DNA from: an uncultured Alphaproteobacteria bacterium
GTDB taxonomy: Bacteria; Pseudomonadota; Alphaproteobacteria; Rhizobiales; Rhodomicrobiaceae
Direction: 5' to 3'
NCBI GenBank assembly: GCA_963808505.1
Contig: CAWEFZ010000004.1
Span: forward strand, 507,058-571,057
Length of the DNA: 64,000 nt
Part shown: in pieces, positions 56,398 to 64,000 of the stretch
Layout of the letters: every line of letters begins with the position of its first letter
Numbering within the stretch: the first letter of the stretch is position 1
Translations under genes and position numbers: made by a program
The notes under the pieces: model-generated
What the model was told of the DNA's origin: nothing
Seen by the model: the letters and a program-made list of their open reading frames with translations, nothing else
The model's database searches: none

Positions 56398-56861
56398 AGG
56401 CGCCGGAGCTGATCGCCCAGGCGAACAGGTTGGCGAAGGCTACTGGTCGCAAGCCTCTCCAAGTCGACCTCAAGCGTGCGGTTAGCGCAGCATACTACGC
56501 CATGTTCCACGCGATGGCGAAAGAGTGTGCGGACACGATAGCGGGCACCGGGCGACATCGCAGCGATAAGGCGTGGGTTCAGGTCTATCGAGCCTTAGAG
56601 CACGGCGTCGCGAAAAACGCCTGTAAACAAGTTAGGAACAAGGGTTTTCCACCTCAGATTGTCAGTTTTGCCGACACGTTCGTTGCTCTGCAAGAAGAGC
56701 GGCACTCCGCGGACTACGACCCGCAATCTTGTTATGCGCGGGCAACCGTAACCACGCTAGTTGCGAATGCGGCTCAGGCGATAGCCGATTTGGCGCAAGC
56801 CCCGAGGTTCGATAGACGTGCGTTTGTGGCGCTGGTGCTGCTCAAGGATCAAAAACGATAG
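56394..56861 (+). CDS. All-alpha 155-aa protein with HEPN-like features
   Basis: AQANRLAKA...LKRAVSAAYYAMFHAMAKECA and LQEERHSADYD resemble HEPN-domain helices and the R..(a)DY motif. The start is coupled to the upstream ORF. Confidence 0.55.
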   Translation: MKAPELIAQANRLAKATGRKPLQVDLKRAVSAAYYAMFHAMAKECADTIAGTGRHRSDKAWVQVYRALEHGVAKNACKQVRNKGFPPQIVSFADTFVALQEERHSADYDPQSCYARATVTTLVANAAQAIADLAQAPRFDRRAFVALVLLKDQKR

Positions 56862-56949
56862 CCCCTCTTGGCGTTCGGGTAGGGCTGCCCTTCCTCAAGA
56901 ATCAGCATCGGCAACTCGTAGAGCCCGCGGAGCCTGATGCGGCGGTTCA

Positions 56950-57082
56950 CGCGCAGCTCAAACCCTTGCTGCCGCGCATCACGGCGGATGAGGAAGCGCG
57001 CACGCCGCGTCGCTCGGCCCGAGGGCGATCTGGGGGCGCTATGCGCATGCGCCGGAACAGTCTGTCGCTTAACGCTGAAAAC
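56950..57082 (+). pseudogene. Decayed duplicate of the dnaQ 3' end
   Basis: Aligns with 55817-55960 at roughly 80% identity by eye, with three short gaps, including the region around the stop. Confidence 0.8.
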
Positions 57083-57111
57083 GGAATATTATCACTTTGA
57101 CAAAGTAGTTG

Positions 57112-57732
57112 CTAAATGTTTACCGCTAATGCGTCAGCCACAAAAACTTGTACCTTTCCGCCATCACTCATGTTCCTAAGCATGCATCCAAATAGCCTAT
57201 CAGAATTTATCGCTATTATATGGAAAGAAAGTAGATCATTAATTTTCTGCGTCCATTCTATTATTTCTGGTACACTTATATTCAGATCGAGTGCGCTGTC
57301 AGCATTCAAGAGACCTTTAAGACTGCCTCTGTGAAGGTGCCTATGGCATTTCCCGTACAGCAAGATCAGCTCTTCCTTTGGAAGAGGCGACTTGTCAAAA
57401 ATTATGTCGATCCTAAATGAATTTCCAACAGTTTGGGTTGCTGCCATCGGATAGAAATGCGGTCGTAGCTTACTTAATTCATTCAGGATATCTTGCGCAG
57501 CAGTTGTTTTTCCTATTTTATGCGGCTGAACAAGAGTAATGTCGCCGTGCGCAACCAAGCATGCAATCGCGACCAGTTCGCATAGCATTCGCAGTTGCAA
57601 GTAGCAGAATTCTCTGACGATCGGAGTGGGAAGCCCCGTTCTTCCATTCGCCGCATTATCGATGCATGTTACGCGGAGTTTCACCTCTTCCATCAAATCC
57701 GCGTAGAGTTGAATCTGCTTATTTTGATCCAT
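57112..57732 (-). CDS. AT-rich orphan hypothetical protein (~206 aa)
   Basis: Lies in ORF 57112-57840, with the start set at MDQNKQ. Its GC content is markedly lower than the flanks. No family was recognised. Confidence 0.55.
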   Translation of the reverse strand: MDQNKQIQLYADLMEEVKLRVTCIDNAANGRTGLPTPIVREFCYLQLRMLCELVAIACLVAHGDITLVQPHKIGKTTAAQDILNELSKLRPHFYPMAATQTVGNSFRIDIIFDKSPLPKEELILLYGKCHRHLHRGSLKGLLNADSALDLNISVPEIIEWTQKINDLLSFHIIAINSDRLFGCMLRNMSDGGKVQVFVADALAVNI

Positions 57733-57968
57733 TCGAAAAATCTCTGCGATGAGCAAGGCCAAGATTGAGCAGCCTAAGTCTGAACTTTGGCACATCCCGG
57801 CAGTTCTTTTTGTAAGTCGATTCGACGCCCCGAGTCCCATTCGGCTACTGTTCTTTTGGGCGCTTCGTTAGTCTGCCGATAGGTAAGACGCTTCCCTTAC
57901 GGGCGGCTTCTTGATTATGGAAAATTGGGTTTGAGAAGTCTGATCTGATGCTATTCCTTCATGATACC

Positions 57969-58289
57969 CTAGCGCCGCTTCTTCTGCGGCGCCGGAAGCT
58001 CGGCCGCCGTCAGCAGAATGAGCCGGGACAGCCACTCCGCGTCATCCCAGCGCTCCGCCGCGATCAGGAAATGCGGCTTGGCGTTTGGGTAGGGCTGCCC
58101 TTCCTCGCAATCGCCGATGAAGGCGCGCCCGGCGGCGGTTGGCTTCACGTAAAGCGCGTCATCGCAGACGAGCGCCGCCATCTTGCCGCCGCAGTAAATG
58201 CCGTACTCGCCGAACATCTTTCGAGCCGATGCCTGCGCCGGCTGGAGTTGCTCGACGAGATAGTCGACGATGCTTTGCCGTGACGCCAA
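57969..58289 (-). CDS. TfoX N-terminal-domain protein
   Basis: IVDYLVEQL...ARKMFGEYGIYCGGKMAALVCDDALYVK shows the TfoX_N pattern. Confidence 0.8.
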   Translation of the reverse strand: MASRQSIVDYLVEQLQPAQASARKMFGEYGIYCGGKMAALVCDDALYVKPTAAGRAFIGDCEEGQPYPNAKPHFLIAAERWDDAEWLSRLILLTAAELPAPQKKRR

Positions 58290-58311
58290 CGCAAGTCTCC
58301 CATCCGGAAAG

Positions 58312-58415
58312 AAGCGAAGCTAAGCAGAGTTTCCCGATGAAGCCAACGGATGGTTTGCTTGTCATGTGTGGATGGCCTTCGTTCGTCGTCCCGGAAAGGC
58401 GAAGCCTTATCCGGG
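58312..58415 (-). repeat. Composite REP-like element, family A (partial)
   Basis: Its reverse complement shares TCCCGGATAAGGCTTCGCCTTTCCGGGACGA...CATCCGTTGGCTTCATCGGGAAACTCTGCTTAGC with 19018-19156. Confidence 0.7.
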
Positions 58416-58507
58416 ACGGCGATGCATTGGGCAAATCGACGGAGTTTGCGTAGCGTGGAAAAGGCCGCACAGCATACGCCGCGCGCGGTCCCTCGCCCTC
58501 CCATGCG

Positions 58508-58929
58508 CCTTACAGTTCAAGATTCTCGAACCGTAAGGCGGCGGGCGACGGCCGTGGGCCGCGTCATGGTTAAAATCGGCCCAGGTTAACGGCCGAAAAG
58601 GCGAAGGTTTTTCGCGGGCTTTTCCTACGAATCGCTACGAAAAATACGAAAAAACCCGATTCGACCCCGAAAAAAGCGAGTCGGAAATCCTAGTTTACAG
58701 TTTTATTGTTGCGCGCGTTAACCACGAAACCTATCCTGAGATTGCCGGAGCGCGCGTTGCAACCGCGCGGACTCTCGCGCCGCTGGCGGAATTTCGCTAG
58801 CAATATCAACGCAATGGCCCCGTTTAACGCGTCCGCAAGGCGCTTTCGGTTATGATGAACAGAATGAGGGGAAAAGAGCGAAAAACCGTGAAGTGGCGTA
58901 ACCTTATTCAGCTGCGCCAGGGTTAACGG
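58508..58929 (+). repeat. Copy 2 of the ~425-bp interspersed non-coding element
   Basis: See copy 1. This copy lies just 3' of secB. Confidence 0.85.
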
Positions 58930-58983
58930 AGGGTGAACGCCATCGCCGGCGCCGGGGAAATTTATTAGTTAGACAGAGCCAAT

Positions 58984-59490
58984 TTACTCCGTCGCGATGG
59001 TCGGCTCCTGCCCCATCTCGGCGCGGCGGCGGAAGAGGCCGGCGAAGTCGATCGGGTCGAGCAGCAGCGGCGGGAAGCCGCCCTCGCGACTCAGGTCGGC
59101 GACAATGCGGCGCACGAACGGGAACAGCAGCGCCGGACATTCGATGAAGAGCACCGGCTGGATCGCTTCCTTCGGCAAGTTCTTCAAGACGAACGCGCCC
59201 GCGTAAAGCAGCTCGATGTTGTAAAGCACGCCCTCCTCGCTCTTGGCTTCGCCCTCAAGGGAAAGCGCGACCTCGAACGCATCCTGCTGGAGATTGCGAA
59301 CCTGAACGTTGAAGTTGATCTGCAGGTTCGGGTTCTTGCCGGGCCCGCGGAAGAAGCGCGTCGCGTCGGGGCACTCGAAGGACAGGTCCTTGATATATTG
59401 GCCTATAACGTTGACCTGCGGGTGCTGGGAGTTGTCCGGCCCCTGTTGCGGGATGCCGCCGCCGCCACTCTTTCCATTGCTATCGGTCAT
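58984..59490 (-). CDS. secB: Protein-export chaperone SecB
   Basis: The internal start MTDSNGK gives 168 aa. VNVIGQYIKDLSFE...LLFPFVRRIVADLSREGGFPPLLLDPIDF is present. The upstream part of the 382-aa ORF is shadow sequence. Confidence 0.95.
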   Translation of the reverse strand: MTDSNGKSGGGGIPQQGPDNSQHPQVNVIGQYIKDLSFECPDATRFFRGPGKNPNLQINFNVQVRNLQQDAFEVALSLEGEAKSEEGVLYNIELLYAGAFVLKNLPKEAIQPVLFIECPALLFPFVRRIVADLSREGGFPPLLLDPIDFAGLFRRRAEMGQEPTIATE

Positions 59491-59675
59491 GGTTCGCTCT
59501 CCGCGTTCTCGGCTGGCGTTCGCGTAAAAATTGCGCCCTTGCCGCAGGCGCCGCGCAGTCGGAATCGGAGCTAGCATGGCGAACGGCGAACTGCAATGCC
59601 TTCGGCGCCCCGATCGCCTCTCGTCCCAAGAAATGACGAGCCGGGCAGCTCGCCTGGCTCCAGCGCCGCAAACGG

Positions 59676-60878
59676 TCACTCCGCCGGCGCCGCCGCGAGC
59701 TGAGACCGGCCGCGGACCAGCGCCCACGTTCCAAGCGCGCAGACGAAGATGACGCCGGCGACGGCGGCGGCCGCGATCAGCACCGCGTCGAAGCCGCCGC
59801 GCTTGTGCAACGCGCCGATGATCGGGACGGCAAGCCCGCCCACCGTGAAGCCGAAGAAGAAGCGCAGCGAATAGATGCGGTTGCGCATCTCGTCCGGAAC
59901 GTAGCGGCCGATCATGGCGTCGTTGACGACGACCTGCCCATAGATCGCCGCCGTCACGAGCGTCAGCCCCGCCGCCATCGGCAAGCCGGTCGCGGTAGCC
60001 GCCGCGGCCAGGCCCCCAAACTGCAGCAGCGCGAGGCCCACAAAAATCGCCGGCAGCTCCATCCGGTCGACCAGCCGGCCGACCACGATTTGCGTGAGCG
60101 CGCCGCAAAAGAAGATCGCCGTCGTCAGCCACCCTGTTACAGCCAGCGGGATCGGGAGCCCGAGGCGCTCGTCGATCATCTTCGGCATGGCGATGGTCAC
60201 GATGTTGAAGGTCAGTCCACCCGCGAGGATGGCGGTCATGAACAGCGCGACAATCGAGATCAGCCGCTTGCGCCCGATGTTGAGCGTATGGCTGGCCGCG
60301 CCCTTCTTGCCCGTGACTTGGCTATCCCGGACCAGCAAGACAAAAGCGAGACCCGTGGCGATGAGCGCCGCGCCTGGGACGAGAAAGGCCGCGCGCCACC
60401 CGAACGAGGCCGCGAGCGCGGCGCTGATGCCCGAGGCGAGCGCGGCGCCCACATTGCCCCACACGCCGTTCACGCCGAGGGCGCGGCCCATCTGCTTCGC
60501 GTTGGCGATGATCATGGCGCTGCCGATGGGGTGATAGATCGCGCTGAAGACGCCGACGAGAAAAAGCGCGGCGGCGAGCATCGTGAAGCTGGCCGAGGCC
60601 GCCACCAGAAAGCAGGCTGCGCCGTATCCGAAGAAGAAGGCCGTCAGCAGCGCGCGCCGTCCGAAGCGGTCGGCGAGCCACCCGACTGGCAGCGCGAAAA
60701 GGCCGAAAGACAGGAAGGCGCCGGTCGAGAGCCAAATCAGATCGCTATAATCGCGATGAAGATCCGCCGCGATGGCGATGACCGCGGTGGGAAAGATCAA
60801 GAGAACGAAGTGATCGAGCGCATGCGCCCAGTTCACGAACAGGATTGTCCGGTTCGTACCGCCTTCATCTGCCGACAT
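59676..60878 (-). CDS. MFS transporter (12-TMS)
   Basis: The internal start MSADEGG gives 400 aa. The MFS motif A GWLADRFGRR is present. Confidence 0.9.
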   Translation of the reverse strand: MSADEGGTNRTILFVNWAHALDHFVLLIFPTAVIAIAADLHRDYSDLIWLSTGAFLSFGLFALPVGWLADRFGRRALLTAFFFGYGAACFLVAASASFTMLAAALFLVGVFSAIYHPIGSAMIIANAKQMGRALGVNGVWGNVGAALASGISAALAASFGWRAAFLVPGAALIATGLAFVLLVRDSQVTGKKGAASHTLNIGRKRLISIVALFMTAILAGGLTFNIVTIAMPKMIDERLGLPIPLAVTGWLTTAIFFCGALTQIVVGRLVDRMELPAIFVGLALLQFGGLAAAATATGLPMAAGLTLVTAAIYGQVVVNDAMIGRYVPDEMRNRIYSLRFFFGFTVGGLAVPIIGALHKRGGFDAVLIAAAAVAGVIFVCALGTWALVRGRSQLAAAPAE

Positions 60879-61163
60879 GGATCCGATGTTCCGCCTTGCG
60901 CCGCTTTGGCGCCACTTTACCCTTATGCAAAGGCAGTTCGACCCGAAAACTGTCGCACCCTGTGTCGATGCCGGGCGCTCTGCCGGGCATGAAGCCGCCG
61001 CCGAAACAACCCGGCGCCCGCTTTCGTGGCCGCCAAAAGAACAGGTCTGGTTTTGCGGGCTCTTCTCAACCATTCTTAAGTCCAAGAGCGTAGTTTCGCC
61101 TTGATTGGCCGCGCAGGCTCGACAATCATGACTTTGGGCGACGGTTGCCTCAAGGGCTTTCGC

Positions 61164-61499
61164 ATGAGTGAAGACACGTTGGCGCGATTGGCGGCGACGA
61201 TATCCACGCGCCGTTCCGCCATAGCCTCCTCCTCTTATACAAAGGCGCTGCTCGATAAGGGACCGGCCGCCTGCGCCAAGAAGCTCGGCGAGGAAGCGGT
61301 TGAGACTGTAATCGCGGGCGTTTCCGAGAGCGACGAAAAGCTCTGTGCGGAGGCGGCCGATCTCGTCTATCACCTTCTCGTACTGCTCGAGGCCCGCAAC
61401 GTGCCGTTCGGCGCGGTGTTGAACGAACTCGACCGCAGAACCTCGCAATCTGGTCATGCCGAGAAAGCCTCCCGGAAGCCACGCGGAAACGCCTCATGA
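61164..61499 (+). CDS. hisE: Phosphoribosyl-ATP pyrophosphatase
   Basis: [28 protein letters not shown]...[13 protein letters not shown]. The start is set at MSEDTL. Confidence 0.9.
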   Translation: MSEDTLARLAATISTRRSAIASSSYTKALLDKGPAACAKKLGEEAVETVIAGVSESDEKLCAEAADLVYHLLVLLEARNVPFGAVLNELDRRTSQSGHAEKASRKPRGNAS

Positions 61500-62476
61500 G
61501 TCTGCCCTTACAAGTCCTGGATCTTGAGCCCCGGCCGGCGTTCGAGCTGTCGCCCTACCGCACGTTCACGCGGAAGGAATGGGCGGAGCTTCGAAACGGC
61601 GTGCAGCTTGCGCTCACCGACGAGGATCTGGCCCGCCTCTCGGGTCTCATCGAGCGCATCTCGCGCGACGAGGTGACCGAGATCTACCTGCCGGTGTCGA
61701 AGCTCGTGAACTATTATGTGCGCGCGGCCCAGCTCCTTCATTCCGCGACCTCGAAATTCTTCGCGCGCGGCGAGGCCAAGATGCCGTTCATCATCGGCAT
61801 CGGCGGAAGCGTGGCTGTCGGCAAGAGCACGTCGGCACGCGTTCTGCGCGAGCTTCTCGCCCGCTGGCAGAACCATCAGCGCGTGGACCTCGTCCCGACG
61901 GACGGCTTCCTTCTGCCGAACGCGGAGCTGGAGCGGCGCGGCATCATGCACCGCAAGGGGTTTCCCGAAAGCTTCGACCAGACGCGGCTTCTGCAATTCG
62001 TGGCCGACGTGAAAGCCGGGCGCTCCAATGTGGAGGCGCCGGTCTATTCGCATTTTTCCTATGACATCGTGCCGGGCGAGACAATCGTCGTCGACCGGCC
62101 CGACATCCTGATTGTCGAAGGCCTGAACGTGCTCCAGCCCGCGAAACTGCCGCGGCACGGCGACGCGGTGCCTTTCGTCTCGGATTTCTTCGACTTCTCC
62201 ATCTATATCGACGCGGACCCGGCCGTCATCGAGCAGTGGTACGTCACCCGCTTCCTGCGCCTCTGCCGCACGGCTTTCCGCGACGAAGACGCCTATTTCT
62301 ACCGGTATTCGAAGCTGACGGAGCAGGAAGCGAAAGCCCAGGCGCTGAAGTTGTGGCGCACCATCAACCTCGTGAACCTGAAGAAGAACATTCTGCCCAC
62401 CCGCAAGCGCGCCAACCTGATCCTCAGCAAGGGCGAGGCTCATCGCGTGGAGACCGTGTCCCTGCGGAAGCTTTAA
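61496..62476 (+). CDS. coaA: Type I pantothenate kinase
   Basis: P-loop [26 protein letters not shown] and [11 protein letters not shown]. Confidence 0.95.
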   Translation: MSLPLQVLDLEPRPAFELSPYRTFTRKEWAELRNGVQLALTDEDLARLSGLIERISRDEVTEIYLPVSKLVNYYVRAAQLLHSATSKFFARGEAKMPFIIGIGGSVAVGKSTSARVLRELLARWQNHQRVDLVPTDGFLLPNAELERRGIMHRKGFPESFDQTRLLQFVADVKAGRSNVEAPVYSHFSYDIVPGETIVVDRPDILIVEGLNVLQPAKLPRHGDAVPFVSDFFDFSIYIDADPAVIEQWYVTRFLRLCRTAFRDEDAYFYRYSKLTEQEAKAQALKLWRTINLVNLKKNILPTRKRANLILSKGEAHRVETVSLRKL

Positions 62477-62489
62477 TTCGGTATGGCGC

Positions 62490-63440
62490 ATGCCGAACCT
62501 TATCAAGCCGCCGAAACTTGCCGCGCAAACAAGCCTCAACCGGCGCGGCGGCAAGCGCGGCGATGCGGCCTACATTGCGGCGCGTCTCAAGGCGCCGGAC
62601 GCGAAGGTTCTGGCGCTGATAGACTTGCGGGTTCCGATCATCCCCTCGGCGGACAGGGCTACGGCGCGCATCCGCTGGCTATCCGTGGCGGAGGCGGAAG
62701 CGCTGGCTACGCCGGCCGAGTTTGTATTCCTGGGCGACGGCGAAGCCGGCGCCGCCGTGTTCGCCCGCAACGTCCAGCCTTTTCAAATCGCGCATGCGCC
62801 GCCCGCCGCCGAGGCGCTGAAGCCGCTGGTCGATCTGCGCTCTCTCGCCTTGCAGGGCGCGCTTCGCGAGGCGGAGCTGATGATCGCCTCGCAGGCGCGC
62901 GCGATCCTCGGCTGGCATGCGCTCAACCGTTGCTGCGCGCGCTGCGGCGCCCGCTTGCGCGTCGATGAAGGCGGCTGGCGGCGCACGTGCCCGGCCTGCG
63001 GGCTCCACGCCTTTCCGCGCACCGACCCCGCCGTCATCATGCTCGTCACGCATGGCGGCCGCTGCCTGCTCGGGCGCGAGAACCGCTTCCCCGGCAAGAT
63101 GTATTCGGCGCTGGCGGGCTTCGTCGAGGCGGGCGACGACATCGAGAACGCCGTGCGCCGCGAGGTGGAGGAGGAGGCGGGCGTCGCGGTCGGCGCGGTG
63201 CGCTATGTGGCGAGCCAGCCCTGGCCGTTTCCGCATTCGCTGATGATCGGCTGCTGGGGCGAGGCGCTCGGCGACGCGCTGACGCTCGACGCTTCGGAGA
63301 TCGCGGACGCCCGCTGGTTCAGCCGCGAGGAAGCCGCCGCCATGCTCGCCTTCGCGCATCCGGACGGGCTGTTCGTCCCGCCGGCGATCTCGATGGCGCA
63401 CACGCTGATCCGCGGCTTCGTCGATGGCGCCTTCGGGTAA
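62490..63440 (+). CDS. nudC: NAD(+) diphosphatase NudC (Nudix with zinc ribbon)
   Basis: Zinc ribbon CARCGARL...CPACG and Nudix box GFVEAGDDIENAVRREVEEEAGV. SQPWPFPHSLMIG is also present. Confidence 0.9.
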   Translation: MPNLIKPPKLAAQTSLNRRGGKRGDAAYIAARLKAPDAKVLALIDLRVPIIPSADRATARIRWLSVAEAEALATPAEFVFLGDGEAGAAVFARNVQPFQIAHAPPAAEALKPLVDLRSLALQGALREAELMIASQARAILGWHALNRCCARCGARLRVDEGGWRRTCPACGLHAFPRTDPAVIMLVTHGGRCLLGRENRFPGKMYSALAGFVEAGDDIENAVRREVEEEAGVAVGAVRYVASQPWPFPHSLMIGCWGEALGDALTLDASEIADARWFSREEAAAMLAFAHPDGLFVPPAISMAHTLIRGFVDGAFG

Positions 63441-63444
63441 CCGC

Positions 63445-63866
63445 GCGTTAACCTCGATCGCCCTGAATTAGGTTACGCCACTTCGCGGTTTTCCGGCTTT
63501 TTCCCCTCATTATGGTCATTATAGCGCAAAGCGCCTTGAGGATGCGTTAGCATCGCCTATCGCCTTGGTTTCGCTTGGGAAAATGCGCCTACGCCGCGCG
63601 ATTCGAAGCGGTTGCGAACCCCGCGCCCGCAACCTTAAGCGAGGTTTCGTGGTTAATTCGCGCAACAAAAGAACCGTTAACTAGGATTTTTGAGTCGCAT
63701 TTTTCGCGTGTTTTTCAGCTTTTTTCGCGTTTTTCACCGGATTTCGTAGGGAATCGGCAAAAAACGCAGCCGGCTTTTCGGCCGTTAACCTGGGGCGAAA
63801 TTAACCATGCGACGGCGGTTCGAAATTCAGCCGCCGCTTACGGTTCGAAAATCTCGAACTGTAAGG
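63445..63866 (-). repeat. Copy 3 of the ~425-bp interspersed non-coding element (inverted)
   Basis: Its reverse complement aligns with copies 1 and 2. It starts 5 nt after the nudC stop. Confidence 0.85.
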
Positions 63867-63939
63867 CCGCGCAGGGCGCCGGGATCGGCCTCATGCCCTT
63901 CAACGTCATTCCCACGAAAGTGGGAATCCAGTAACCCCG

Positions 63940-63980
63940 GCGCTCATTGAATACTGGGTCCCCGCCTTCGCGGGGACGAC
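63940..63980. repeat. REP-like unit, family B
   Basis: An exact inverted copy of 4667-4707. It is preceded by a GTCATTCCCACGAAAGTGGGAATCC palindrome. Confidence 0.8.
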
Positions 63981-64000
63981 GGAAAGGCGGCTGCGTCCCT

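Noticed and set aside
58984-60132. Over-long ORFs for secB (382 aa), the MFS transporter (593 aa), rho (466 aa), ORF 4849-5664 (271 aa), ORF 55654-56397 (247 aa) and others.
   Set aside because: The upstream extensions are compositionally biased shadow sequence, and some overlap the neighbouring gene. Internal ATGs give products of canonical length with canonical N-termini.
1-64000. A search for transposases, integrases, phage structural genes, CRISPR-Cas, restriction-modification systems or other classical defence genes.
   Set aside because: No ORF in the six-frame track shows the relevant motifs (DDE, tyrosine/serine recombinase, Cas, or methyltransferase paired with an endonuclease). Mobile DNA here is limited to non-autonomous repeats, and toxin-antitoxin content is limited to higBA plus the candidate HEPN-like pair.

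Overview
High-GC alphaproteobacterial chromosome segment; a Hyphomicrobiales-like origin is an inference from gene content and synteny only. It spans the classical origin-proximal gene set. On the minus strand lie an RND heavy-metal-type efflux operon, then parB-parA-rsmG-mnmG-mnmE, rho and hemE. After a strand switch at about 51.9-52.1 kb (candidate oriC), the plus strand carries a PDRP-type kinase, maf, aroE, coaE and dnaQ. These are followed by secB, an MFS transporter, hisE, coaA and nudC. The left 30 kb holds accessory and regulatory content. This includes a tRNA-Met with an adjacent AT-rich pocket (ClpP-fold secreted protein plus higBA), mnmA, and an orphan ParA-like ATPase. It also includes an ECF sigma/anti-sigma/S8 protease/TPR operon, a DHA2 MFS plus HlyD-family adaptor pair, and a CHASE2 cyclase/FecR/Crp module. 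Further genes are ribF, a MaoC dehydratase, an OmpA-like lipoprotein, a large orphan lipoprotein and a YfhO-like membrane protein. No transposase, integrase, CRISPR array or rRNA was seen. The points that look most worth a second look are: (1) an unclassified ~425-bp non-coding element in three copies, rich in GTTAAC, TTAACCAT and GANTC motifs, two copies of which invertedly flank secB..nudC; (2) a ~1-kb insertion downstream of dnaQ carrying an overlapping two-gene (HEPN-like) module, bounded by a decayed duplicate of the dnaQ 3' end and a tfoX fragment, next to an AT-rich orphan gene; (3) three single-base homopolymer frameshifts within 2.9 kb that hit mnmG, a small membrane protein and the C-terminal motif of mnmE, which may be sequencing error or coordinated decay; (4) a palindromic REP-like unit inserted in frame inside aroE; (5) three parS sites; (6) very dense REP/MITE-like palindromic repeats of at least three families. 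All homology calls come from motif recognition by eye, because no database search was possible.
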